Shown here piece by piece: positions 10,370 to 18,738 of a DNA stretch of 64,000 nucleotides. Under the pieces are notes generated by a model. It saw only the letters and a list, made by a program, of their open reading frames with translations. It did no database searches and was not told where the DNA came from. How positions within the stretch are numbered: position 1 is the first letter of the stretch; every line of letters starts with the position of its first letter. Position numbers and translations under genes: made by a program. The stretch lies in IMG/VR virus record IMGVR_UViG_3300044701_000569, positions 1 through 64,000 of that record. One strand, given 5' to 3'.

Positions 10370-10567
10370 CTAGACTATCCAATCTCGACGAGGTGTTCGT
10401 TCTATGTGGGGATCAAACGCATATAATAAGTAACCCCATTGCTCTGGAACTGAAAACTCTGTCCAAAGAGGAGTTACACTCATCCAACCTCCTAGGCGCT
10501 GTACAAAGGCTGCAATTGGATCCTGATCCTCTACGGGTAGTCGACTGCGATAGGTTTGATAGAGCAT
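10370..10567 (-). CDS. Small hypothetical protein
   Basis: ORF track. Confidence 0.45.
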   Translation of the reverse strand: MLYQTYRSRLPVEDQDPIAAFVQRLGGWMSVTPLWTEFSVPEQWGYLLYAFDPHIERTPRRDWIV

Positions 10568-10586
10568 ACACTAGTATATAGCAGAC

Positions 10587-10788
10587 TAGGCCCCGCTGCT
10601 GCCCACGAGTGTGTGAGTCTAGAGCTGCAGAGCAGTCCAAAAAAATTTTGGAGCAGGGACAGCAGAATGAGCACTCTACACAGAGAAGAGCCTGCACAGT
10701 GTAGTGAGCACACAGCGCCTATAGGCCCCGCTGCTAGATCAGGGGTCTAGACACAGAACAGAGCATAGGCCCCGCTGCTAGGCCCCGC
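10587..10788 (+). repeat. Dispersed 14-bp direct repeat TAGGCCCCGCTGCT
   Basis: Exact copies at 10587-10600, 10722-10735, 10766-10779; partial copy at 10779-10788. Confidence 0.9.
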
Positions 10789-10801
10789 CATAAATATCTA
10801 C

Positions 10802-10987
10802 ATGGAGTACACACTGGTAACTGAGCGCAGAGAGGGCACTGCACACTACACTCTGATAGACACTGAGAGGGACAGCATCATAGTGACTACTAGCTATAAA
10901 CCCTTGATAGATTGGATAGTTGCACGTAGTCTTAGACAGATCCAACCCGCAGAGCCTAGGCACACTACGGGTAAGAGAAGACTGTAA
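10802..10987 (+). CDS. Small hypothetical protein
   Basis: TAAATA at 10791-10796 just upstream of ATG. Confidence 0.5.
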   Translation: MEYTLVTERREGTAHYTLIDTERDSIIVTTSYKPLIDWIVARSLRQIQPAEPRHTTGKRRL

Positions 10988-10990
10988 GTG

Positions 10991-11038
10991 AGTGAGAGAA
11001 AATGGTAAAAGTATAGTGAGAGAAAATGGTAAAAGTAT
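10991..11038 (+). repeat. 24-bp tandem duplication AGTGAGAGAAAATGGTAAAAGTAT
   Basis: 10991-11014 and 11015-11038 identical. Confidence 0.9.
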
Positions 11039-11333
11039 TTGAACTATGTCTCTCGGCACCACGAGCCTCCTCAGAATTTTTACACAGTAGAACCTATGGT
11101 GTGACCACTATAACCTACGGTTTCTTCACGGCCCACCACCATTTAACACCCCTTGCATAGCTATAAAACACCTCTACAATGGTGGTGGGAGAGTGATTCT
11201 GTGGAGAATTTTTTATTCTTTTTAGAATTCTCACTCTCCCTCATGCTGCTGTCTACACTACAGTATTAGAGAGGGAGATCTAGATCTATACGCTAGTAGA
11301 GATCAAGGTCTAGAGCACTACAGTAGTACTGGA

Positions 11334-11372
11334 ATACCAAAGTAAATTTTAGACCTATACCAAAGTAAATTT
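11334..11372 (+). repeat. AT-rich 16-bp direct repeat ATACCAAAGTAAATTT x2
   Basis: 11334-11349 and 11357-11372. Confidence 0.85.
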
Positions 11373-11425
11373 CTGTCAACAACCTGGGGCGAGGATCCAA
11401 AAGATTCTAGGAAAAACACTCGACC

Positions 11426-11530
11426 TGTGGATAAGTCTGTGGATCGAGTTATGCACAGGCTGTTGTGGATAACTCAGCTGTGGATAACTTTGGTGTTGCG
11501 AAAATGCCACTGTGGATAAGCTGTGGATAA
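11426..11530. promoter_or_regulatory. Cluster of DnaA boxes
   Basis: TGTGGATAA (reverse complement of TTATCCACA) at 11426, 11464, 11479, 11511, 11522; TTATGCACA at 11449; degenerate TGTGGATCG at 11438. Confidence 0.85.
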
Positions 11531-11541
11531 CTCTGGGAGTG

Positions 11542-11613
11542 TAACCTGTTGATTCTAAAGACGTTTTTCACCCGTTCTTTCGATTTAAAAACTCTATATA
11601 AATCAATGACTTA
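11542..11613. promoter_or_regulatory. Two IHF consensus sites (WATCAANNNNTTR)
   Basis: 11542-11554 minus strand AATCAACAGGTTA; 11601-11613 plus strand AATCAATGACTTA. Confidence 0.7.
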
Positions 11614-11718
11614 GCGGCGAGACCTCAGCTAGAACATGAAGTCTTTCAGCTGCGGCGAATGGTTGACATTTGGGTGCTGTCGTGTATAATAGAGACTTAG
11701 TTAGACAATTGAGGAGCC

Positions 11719-11880
11719 ATGATGCCTAAATTTTATTACACACAGACTGTGACATATACCTTACAGGTTGACGCAGACACAGCAGAAGCAGCAGACGAGA
11801 TTGCTGGAATGACCGATGTAAACTCTGCGGGAGTTAATGCCACCTACGAGGGCTGGGAAGAAGACGGTTACGCAGAATAA
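11719..11880 (+). CDS. Small acidic early protein (53 aa, not in ORF track)
   Basis: GAGGAG SD, own promoter; MMPKFYYTQTVTYTLQVDADTAEAADE...GYAE. Confidence 0.7.
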   Translation: MMPKFYYTQTVTYTLQVDADTAEAADEIAGMTDVNSAGVNATYEGWEEDGYAE

Positions 11881-11943
11881 TTTGGTTGACATTTGGGTGC
11901 TGTCGTGTATAATACTAGTATGTTCAACGGAGAGGGCACTAAA

Positions 11944-12186
11944 ATGGACTATGACATCGAGTTTATTAATACTACCGACTCAACTGTAGACTATAGCGAG
12001 CGAGCTATAGCAGAGTTCGAGAGGGGCATGGGGGATCGTATTGAGGTGTATACAGAGCAGTTCGAAAGCGACTGCGGGTTAGAACTGTGCGACGCAGACG
12101 ACATCGGCGGGCTCATTGTATACAGTGCAGAGGGAGCTCTGCGAGCAGTATACGACTATGAGAACTTCTGCGGGTGGCTCGTTTAA
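11944..12186 (+). CDS. Acidic early hypothetical protein
   Basis: Own promoter, GAGGGCA leader. Confidence 0.75.
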   Translation: MDYDIEFINTTDSTVDYSERAIAEFERGMGDRIEVYTEQFESDCGLELCDADDIGGLIVYSAEGALRAVYDYENFCGWLV

Positions 12187-12287
12187 ACGGGTGCAGAGGG
12201 GTGTGGCATAATAGCCACACTCTTTTTGGTTGACACGGTGCCAGAATCGTGTATAATAAGAACATAGGGCAACAGAAAGAGGGTGTT

Positions 12288-12545
12288 ATGGCAAAGACTT
12301 ATCGTTTCGTAGGGGTAAGCAACCTTAACGGTCGCTGGGCTGTTCGCTATGCCAACGAGCGGACTCGTGCGCGGGTTCTGCAGAAGAACGGGCATACGGA
12401 CGTGAAGCTGTGGGATTTGAAGGAAGCTCTGCGAGCAGAAGACCTCGTGGACGAGCTGCTCAACAAGGTTGGGCGTGGTGAGATTCTGGGCTCTGCTCGT
12501 GAAGCTGTCCTGGACGAAGCTCGCAGAATCGGCTTTGCGGTCTAA
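12288..12545 (+). CDS. Early hypothetical protein, paralog of 13475-13765
   Basis: Shared G.S.LNG....R(Y/F)AN....VL..NGHT.(V/I)KL pattern. Confidence 0.75.
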   Translation: MAKTYRFVGVSNLNGRWAVRYANERTRARVLQKNGHTDVKLWDLKEALRAEDLVDELLNKVGRGEILGSAREAVLDEARRIGFAV

Positions 12546-12616
12546 AAAAGAGGTTGACATTTGGGATCTTGGTGCTATACTAAGAGCATAGGGCAAACGA
12601 ACTGAGAGGGCAAACG

Positions 12617-13342
12617 ATGTTCAAACTGTTATCAACAGCGAATCCAAAAATCCAAAAAGGTACCAAGGAAGGCTATCTCAGCTTCATCCTGCACCTTGCT
12701 CCTGCTGATTTGAGCGGGCGTGAAGTCTGCGCCAAGCGGACCGCGGGTTGCACGGCAGCATGTCTCAACACCGCAGGGCGTGGTGGCATGTTCCGCAAGG
12801 GCGAGAACACCAACGTTATTCAAAAGGCACGTATTCGCAAGACCAAGTACTTCTTTGAGAATCGTGAAGCTTTCATGAGCGATCTTGTAGAAGACATCAT
12901 GCGAGCTGTGAACTATGCACGCCGCAAGGGCTTGACTCCCGTGTTTCGTTTGAATGGTACTAGTGACCTTGCTTGGGAGAAGTACCCAGTTCCCAACATG
13001 GGCAAGAACATCTTTGACACGTTCAGCACTCTTCAGTTCTACGACTACACCAAGATCCTGGGCCGTAAGACGAAGGATATTGACAATTACCACTTGACAT
13101 TCTCAGCCGCGGACGGTAACGACGCAGATGTTGAGCGGGCTGTGGCTCAGGGCATGAATGTCGCTGTGGTGTTTGATCGTCTGCCCGAGAATTATATGGG
13201 CAAGACTGTATTCAACGCAGACGATACGGATCTGCGCTTTTTGGATCCTAAGGGCGTGGTGCTTGGACTCAAAGCCAAGGGCCGTGCTAAGAAGGACACT
13301 TCGGGCTTCGTGCGCCGAGTGATTCCCCTGAGTGTTGCATAA
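12617..13342 (+). CDS. GP88-like phage protein (Cys-rich, CxxxxxxCxxxC)
   Basis: LHLAPA, CAKRTAGCTAACLNTAGRG, RLNGTSD, FYDYTK, NYHLTFS, DLRFLD, GLKAKG. Confidence 0.7.
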   Translation: MFKLLSTANPKIQKGTKEGYLSFILHLAPADLSGREVCAKRTAGCTAACLNTAGRGGMFRKGENTNVIQKARIRKTKYFFENREAFMSDLVEDIMRAVNYARRKGLTPVFRLNGTSDLAWEKYPVPNMGKNIFDTFSTLQFYDYTKILGRKTKDIDNYHLTFSAADGNDADVERAVAQGMNVAVVFDRLPENYMGKTVFNADDTDLRFLDPKGVVLGLKAKGRAKKDTSGFVRRVIPLSVA

Positions 13343-13474
13343 GTGCCACACTTTGGGGGTGGGCAATGGTGCCCAAAATATATGGTTGACACAATCCAAA
13401 AACCATGTATAATTTGAATATGAGCTGCGGGAACAGGTTCCAAAGCCATAAACTATGCACAAGGAGCATAAGAA

Positions 13475-13765
13475 ATGTCTAAGACGTTTACAATCGCTGG
13501 TACTTCCAGCCTCAATGGTAAGGTGAAGTTTCGTTTCGCTAACGGCACGATCAAGCATCGTGAGCAGGTGTTGACCCGCAACGGTCACACCGGGATCAAG
13601 CTCTATGAGCTGCCCTCTGCTATGGACAAGGACGCTGCTCGCTCCTTTGTCGAGAGCCAGGCTATCATGGCTCCCACTGTAACGGCTGAGGCTGTAGTGG
13701 CTGCAAAGCCCGCTCGAGCTCCAAAGGTCACAGTGCCTGCGGACGCAGAAGACGCTCTCATGTAA
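13475..13765 (+). CDS. Early hypothetical protein, paralog of 12288-12545
   Basis: AAGGAG SD; shared motifs. Confidence 0.75.
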   Translation: MSKTFTIAGTSSLNGKVKFRFANGTIKHREQVLTRNGHTGIKLYELPSAMDKDAARSFVESQAIMAPTVTAEAVVAAKPARAPKVTVPADAEDALM

Positions 13766-13885
13766 AGAGCAGTGGGGTGTGGCAGCAATGCCACACTCTT
13801 TTATAATGGCATCTTTTGGTTGACAATCTGCCCAAAGGTGCTATTATATAAGAGTGTTCAACAAACCATTGAGAGGGCAATCCAT

Positions 13886-14362
13886 ATGGAAACCGTTACA
13901 CTGCGGGGCGAAGACTTTCGTACAATCCACAACACGCTCTGCGAGCTGCGCGGCCTTGTAGAACGCATGACCCATTCGATCGTTAAGATCGATGACGTGC
14001 AGGACATCATCACCAAGTTCGAGTACGGGCTGAAGGACGCCTACGATCAGGACAGTTCAGCCTTTGATCGCAAGATGGACCACTACAGTGCTGTCAAAGA
14101 AGCAGAAAGCTTTCGCACAGTATGGAGCATCTTCACAGTGGAAGACCTGTACGAAGAGCATCCCTACAAGGACGCAGACACCATTGTCTACGAGAACCAC
14201 TGGGGCACCAGTCCCATCCGTGTAAGCTTCAAGGGCCGTCGTTGGGTAGATCTGTATGCTGCTGCGAACGCTGCGATCTGCACTTCGGGCGATGCTCATC
14301 ACATCTTTATCGAGCAGTTTACCCCCTTTGGGCGCGATCTAGTGCTGCAAACGGGCAGCTAA
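13886..14362 (+). CDS. Early hypothetical protein
   Basis: Promoter plus GAGGGCA leader; C-terminal GDAHHIFIEQF. Confidence 0.75.
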   Translation: METVTLRGEDFRTIHNTLCELRGLVERMTHSIVKIDDVQDIITKFEYGLKDAYDQDSSAFDRKMDHYSAVKEAESFRTVWSIFTVEDLYEEHPYKDADTIVYENHWGTSPIRVSFKGRRWVDLYAAANAAICTSGDAHHIFIEQFTPFGRDLVLQTGS

Positions 14363-14454
14363 GTCGTTGATCTAGAACAGGAATCTTTTTGGTTGACAAA
14401 TGGATTCCTGATGCTATAATAAGAACATAGGGTAAACAGAAAGAGGGTAATCAA

Positions 14455-14697
14455 ATGTCAAAAGTAGAACTTCGCAGCTTCGAAATCACTCCTGCAGAGC
14501 GTCGCCTCGCTGAGATCGGGCGCGGCATGATGGATGCTGCTGTGACCTGCAAGGACGATGCAGAGAGCAATCATCTTGCAGAGTGCGGTCACAAGCTCTG
14601 CGCTTTCAATGCGCCATATGGCACCACAATCAAGGACTTCACCGCTGAAGACAATGCGCTGATCCGTAAGTTCCTGGAGGGTGGTTATGCTTCTTAA
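14455..14697 (+). CDS. Early hypothetical protein
   Basis: Promoter plus AGGGTA leader. Confidence 0.75.
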   Translation: MSKVELRSFEITPAERRLAEIGRGMMDAAVTCKDDAESNHLAECGHKLCAFNAPYGTTIKDFTAEDNALIRKFLEGGYAS

Positions 14698-14899
14698 GTA
14701 TTGTGACTTCATCGCAGATCGTGTGCGAAAAGGACTCGTGAACTCGATGAACGACAGTCTAGAGCCTGTGCGTCTCAAGGACGTGGGCTCTGTAAAATGG
14801 GATTTGGGTCCGCAGGGTGAGTTTCGCTCAACCGCTAAGAGTCTTTTGGTTGAGGACGCCTACGGATCCAAATATAAGATCACGATTGAAGAAATTTAA
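14687..14899 (+). CDS. Early hypothetical protein
   Basis: GGAGG SD; overlaps the upstream stop. Confidence 0.6.
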   Translation: MLLKYCDFIADRVRKGLVNSMNDSLEPVRLKDVGSVKWDLGPQGEFRSTAKSLLVEDAYGSKYKITIEEI

Positions 14900-14998
14900 T
14901 CTTAGGGGTTGACAACCCCTAACTGTGGCCTTATAATAAGACATACTGAGGGAATAGGTATTCCCGAAGGTACTTCTACAATAAAAGGAAAAGGCATA

Positions 14999-15280
14999 AT
15001 GAAGCGATTTAATCCAGAAACCAAGACCTTCAAGGTCTTCAATGCACTCTACAACGGTGACAAGCTCACAGCGGCTCAGGCTGCAAAGCGTTTTGGCGTT
15101 GGCAATCTTGCTGCTGAAGCAAGCCGCATCCGCCAGTCAGGCTATGCTGTCTATGCTAACCAGCGTACCGCAGGCAACGGTGTAACCGTTACTGAGTATG
15201 AGATGGGTCAGCCCAGCCGCGAGATCGTTGCTCTCGGCTACAAGGCCAAGGCAGCAGGTCTTACCCTAGACACCATCTAA
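14999..15280 (+). CDS. Winged helix-turn-helix DNA-binding protein (putative)
   Basis: LTAAQAAKRFGVGNLAAEASRIRQSGYAVY followed by beta-hairpin-like YEMG. Confidence 0.65.
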   Translation: MKRFNPETKTFKVFNALYNGDKLTAAQAAKRFGVGNLAAEASRIRQSGYAVYANQRTAGNGVTVTEYEMGQPSREIVALGYKAKAAGLTLDTI

Positions 15281-15397
15281 GGTGCTCAAGAGTGTGGCAG
15301 AAATGCCACACTCTTATATAATAGCATCATTTATGGTTGACAAGCGCCTAGATGATGCTATTATATAAGAGTGTTCAACAAAGACAGAGGGCAAACA

Positions 15398-15688
15398 ATG
15401 TCAAATCGTGTTACAAGGGCAGTAGAACAGATCTACCAAATGGACGCCAACGAACTGAATCAAGTCGTTGAAGCAATCAAACTCAAACGCACCAGCCTAG
15501 CCCGTCAGGCTACTCGCTCCGTGATCATCGGCGATACTGTGAGCTTCGAAGCTCGCGGACGCATGGTTGTGGGCAAGGTCACCAAGGTGAACATCAAGAC
15601 GCTCACAGTTCGTGAAGACCGCAATGGTTCAGTCACCAACTGGAAGGTGTCCGCTACACTCGTCAACAAAGTAACCGTAGGAGCCTAA
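15398..15688 (+). CDS. Early hypothetical protein (SH3-like C-terminus)
   Basis: IGDTVSF...GKVTKVN.KT..V...WKV. Confidence 0.7.
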   Translation: MSNRVTRAVEQIYQMDANELNQVVEAIKLKRTSLARQATRSVIIGDTVSFEARGRMVVGKVTKVNIKTLTVREDRNGSVTNWKVSATLVNKVTVGA

Positions 15689-15689
15689 T

Positions 15690-16256
15690 ATGCCTAATTG
15701 GTGCAATAATTCCGTTACCATCACTCACACTGACACTGCCAAGATGCAGGCCCTTGTGGCCGCTGTCAACGAAGGCAAGTTCTGCGATCATGTGATTCCT
15801 ACTCCGCAGGATCTCACTGACACTGTGTCAGGATCCGTGCCTGAGGGGCCTGAGCGTGAAGCTCATGAAGCTCAGATGAAGCGTAACCTAGAGCTCTACG
15901 GAGCCAAGGACTGGTATGACTATCAGGTTTCCAACTGGGGGACCAAGTGGGATGTTCAGCCCTACGACACTGTTGAGCTGGAAGACGGCACTGTCTCCTT
16001 TGGCTTTGACAGTGCTTGGAGCCCGCCCATTGGAGTCTACACCATGCTGGTTGAACAAGGGTTCACTGTCAAGGCTTTCTACTACGAGCCAGGCATGTGC
16101 TTTGCTGGTGTATGGGAAGACGGCATTGATGAGTTCTACGAGCTGGACGGTATGTCTTCTGATGAAGTAGCCAACACGATCGATCGCGAGTTGGACGAGG
16201 TCATGGGCATCTCAGAGAGCATGGCTGAATACGAAGAAGAAAACATCGAAGAATAA
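15690..16256 (+). CDS. DUF1281/YubB ferredoxin-like domain protein
   Basis: MPNWCNN, WYDY...NWGTKWD, FDSAWSPP, YYEPG..FAG. Confidence 0.75.
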   Translation: MPNWCNNSVTITHTDTAKMQALVAAVNEGKFCDHVIPTPQDLTDTVSGSVPEGPEREAHEAQMKRNLELYGAKDWYDYQVSNWGTKWDVQPYDTVELEDGTVSFGFDSAWSPPIGVYTMLVEQGFTVKAFYYEPGMCFAGVWEDGIDEFYELDGMSSDEVANTIDRELDEVMGISESMAEYEEENIEE

Positions 16257-16314
16257 TGGTTGACAGCACCCTACGGGGTGCTATAATGAGCATATGAACA
16301 GCAAAGAGGGTATC

Positions 16315-16527
16315 ATGTCAAAAGAGATCTTGTTTGAAGACCTTGCAGAACAGCTGGCGCTGCTCAGCGACGAGGATCGTGCAGAGTTTGCTCAGTTCCT
16401 TGTAGAGAACTATCTACACGCCGCAGCGGGCTTGGCTACAGACATTGGACACGCTGAGATGGATCTAGAGTATTCTGCTCACGACACTTTTGAAGCGTAT
16501 CAAAGACGCGAGAACATATTCACATAA
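16315..16527 (+). CDS. Early acidic hypothetical protein
   Basis: Promoter plus GAGGGTA leader. Confidence 0.7.
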   Translation: MSKEILFEDLAEQLALLSDEDRAEFAQFLVENYLHAAAGLATDIGHAEMDLEYSAHDTFEAYQRRENIFT

Positions 16528-16544
16528 AGAGTAAATAACATCAC

Positions 16545-16621
16545 GCTCCTATAGCTCAATTGGTTAGAGCACCGGACTCATAATCCGTAGGTTCACAGTT
16601 CAAGTCTGTGTGGGAGCACCA
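16545..16621 (+). tRNA. tRNA with CAT anticodon, probably Ile2 (lysidine, reads AUA); elongator Met not excluded
   Basis: Acceptor GCTCCTA/TGGGAGC, anticodon loop CTCATAA, GTTCAA T-loop, encoded CCA; C4-G69 and C5-G68 pairs as in TilS substrates. Confidence 0.85.
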
Positions 16622-16624
16622 AAT

Positions 16625-16707
16625 GTCCGCGTGGTGGAATAGGTAGACACAAGAGACTTAAAATCTCTCGCTTAGGCGTGCCGGTTCGAGTCCGGCCGCG
16701 GATACCA
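16625..16707 (+). tRNA. tRNA-Leu(TAA)
   Basis: Acceptor GTCCGCG/CGCGGAT, AGAGA-CTTAAAA-TCTCT, long variable arm, CCA. Confidence 0.92.
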
Positions 16708-16785
16708 AGGCTAAGTATATGAACAAGACCAGTCAAGGTTATAAGAAGTATATACAAAAGATGAACTATCAACAGTTTATCAAAT

Positions 16786-16863
16786 CTGCCCGTAGCTCAG
16801 CAGGATTAGAGCAACAGCCTTCTAAGCTGTGGGTCGGGGGTTCGAATCCCTCCGGGCAGGCCA
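16786..16863 (+). tRNA. tRNA-Arg(TCT)
   Basis: Acceptor CTGCCCG/CGGGCAG, ACAGC-CTTCTAA-GCTGT, GGTTCGAATCC, CCA. Confidence 0.92.
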
Positions 16864-16890
16864 TTACCCCCAAAGCCAAACAGTAATACC

Positions 16891-17070
16891 ATGCCTCGCA
16901 TACCAACTAGTCGGATTCCTGACGACTGGGACTCCTACGACGATGATGAGCTAGATCTTAACCTAGAAGAGGAACGGGAGCGCAGAGAGCGCAAACGAAC
17001 CAAGCAAGACGCTGATGAGGACCAACAGCGCAGGGATTCGTGGCGCAAAAGCAACACCAAACGCAGCTAA
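16891..17070 (+). CDS. Small charged hypothetical protein (59 aa, not in ORF track)
   Basis: MPRIPTSRIPDDWDSYDDDE...NTKRS. Confidence 0.45.
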   Translation: MPRIPTSRIPDDWDSYDDDELDLNLEEERERRERKRTKQDADEDQQRRDSWRKSNTKRS

Positions 17071-17161
17071 GTCATTGATTCTAATAGAGAATCTTTTTGG
17101 TTGACAAGATCCCGTGTTCGTGTATAATAAGAACATAGGGCAAACAAACAAAGAGGGCAAT

Positions 17162-17440
17162 ATGATAGAACGCAAAGACTACACCGTAGAGGTTTACAAG
17201 GCAGACAAGCGCACCAAAGCAGGTGAGCGCCTTGTGCTCAAGCAGGATCACACAGACATCGATCTGCAGACACTGCGTCATCTTTATCTTACCACTTGGT
17301 TCAAGAACGACGGCTACCGCCATGAGTTCCACGAGACTTATGTAACCCGCACCAACATGATGGGTGGTAAGGAGTATCAGGAACGCTATGACACTCCTCG
17401 CTACTGCTCACCCAGCTCTGAAGCCTACTGGAGCATGTGA
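17162..17440 (+). CDS. Early hypothetical protein
   Basis: Promoter plus double AGGGCA leader; C-terminal TPRYCSPSSEAYWSM. Confidence 0.8.
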   Translation: MIERKDYTVEVYKADKRTKAGERLVLKQDHTDIDLQTLRHLYLTTWFKNDGYRHEFHETYVTRTNMMGGKEYQERYDTPRYCSPSSEAYWSM

Positions 17441-17441
17441 T

Positions 17442-17669
17442 TTGAGGACTGATGACATCCTACAATGGACAGGGGCGGTGTTCATCATCGCTGGACACGC
17501 CCTCAACGCCGTGGGCCCGGGTGCCCACCCGTGGAATATCCTGGCTTTCTTCCTGGGTACTATAGCATTCTTTATCTGGACTGTCCGTGTTGCAAATAAG
17601 CCGCAGATGGCTGTGAATGTGGTAGCCCTAGGGCTAGGAGCACTGGGTCTAGTAAAATCAATGACTTAA
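17442..17669 (+). CDS. Small membrane protein (about 3 TM)
   Basis: Hydrophobic; start uncertain (TTG). Confidence 0.55.
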   Translation: MRTDDILQWTGAVFIIAGHALNAVGPGAHPWNILAFFLGTIAFFIWTVRVANKPQMAVNVVALGLGALGLVKSMT

Positions 17670-17755
17670 CAGACCAAAAAAGTTTCAAAAAAGTGGTTGA
17701 CATTTGGGCGCACCCGTGTATAATAAGAACATAGGGCAAACAGAAAGGGCATACA

Positions 17756-17974
17756 ATGATCAAGCAAGTCGCAAAGGTAGCTGTAATTGGTACGCTGATG
17801 TTCAGCGGTACGCTGTTCGCAATGGACTACGCTTTCAGCATTCCAATTGTCAACAAGAGCTTCAGCACCAACCAATGCGTGTCTGTGGATAACTATCCGG
17901 GCTTAGTGTTTGGCAAGGCTGTATACTCCTGCGAGAACATGCCTGAGAAGTATGAGCTGAACTGGGTAAAATAA
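17756..17974 (+). CDS. Early membrane-anchored hypothetical protein
   Basis: Promoter plus leader; N-terminal hydrophobic helix. Confidence 0.7.
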   Translation: MIKQVAKVAVIGTLMFSGTLFAMDYAFSIPIVNKSFSTNQCVSVDNYPGLVFGKAVYSCENMPEKYELNWVK

Positions 17975-18042
17975 TGGTTGACAGCGCCTGCAGAGGTGCT
18001 ATACTAAGAACATAGGGCAAACAAACAGAGAGGGCAAAGCAA

Positions 18043-18510
18043 ATGGCAACACGAAGCACAATCGCAATGGAATTCGCAGACGGTACTGTCCAGCAGATCT
18101 ACTGCCACTGGGACGGCTACCTTTCCAATAACGGGCAGATCCTGCTCCAACACTATTCAGATCCTTTCAAAGTTCGTGAGTTGATCGACGGCGGCGCTGT
18201 TAGTTCGCTACGCCCTGAGATTGGCACCAAGCATGCGTTCAGCCAGTTTGAGGCTAAGGGCCAACCCTACGACGCAAAGCTCTACGAAGACATGACTACG
18301 TTTTACGCTCGCGATCGTGGCGAGGACTTGGTCAAAAACAAGTTCAAGGACTTTGCGGACTACCGCAAGAACGCACAGAGCGAGGAATACAATTATATCC
18401 TGCGCCGTGACGGCAATTGGTACGTGGAGTTCTACGGCGAGTTTGACGGCTTGCTGACTAAGGCTATTATGGACGAACAGGATCGCGAAGCACAAGAGGA
18501 GATAGCGTAA
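18043..18510 (+). CDS. Early phage protein with MATRS...IYCHWDGY motif
   Basis: Promoter plus double AGGGCA leader. Confidence 0.8.
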   Translation: MATRSTIAMEFADGTVQQIYCHWDGYLSNNGQILLQHYSDPFKVRELIDGGAVSSLRPEIGTKHAFSQFEAKGQPYDAKLYEDMTTFYARDRGEDLVKNKFKDFADYRKNAQSEEYNYILRRDGNWYVEFYGEFDGLLTKAIMDEQDREAQEEIA

Positions 18511-18683
18511 TGGCTATCTGTCCAGAGTGCATGGAAGAGAAGAGCATCCTTGCTAGTCGCTGTCCTCACTGCACTCAGGACATTGGTTATGGTAGACAGA
18601 TCCTTGCGATGTGTGTATACTACGGAGCAATCGTGTTGACTATGACATTTTTGGTTGTGCTGCTCAAGGCATGTAGTGGTTGA
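18510..18683 (+). CDS. Zinc-ribbon plus TM small protein (57 aa, not in ORF track)
   Basis: CPEC...CPHC then hydrophobic tail; stop TGA lies inside the next TTGACA. Confidence 0.65.
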   Translation: MAICPECMEEKSILASRCPHCTQDIGYGRQILAMCVYYGAIVLTMTFLVVLLKACSG

Positions 18684-18738
18684 CAGCAGAGCTAGATCGT
18701 GTATAATAGTGAAACATTCAACAGAAAGGGCAAAGGGC

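Noticed and set aside
17884-17892. Isolated TGTGGATAA DnaA box
   Set aside because: Single copy inside a coding sequence (V-D-N codons); compatible with chance.
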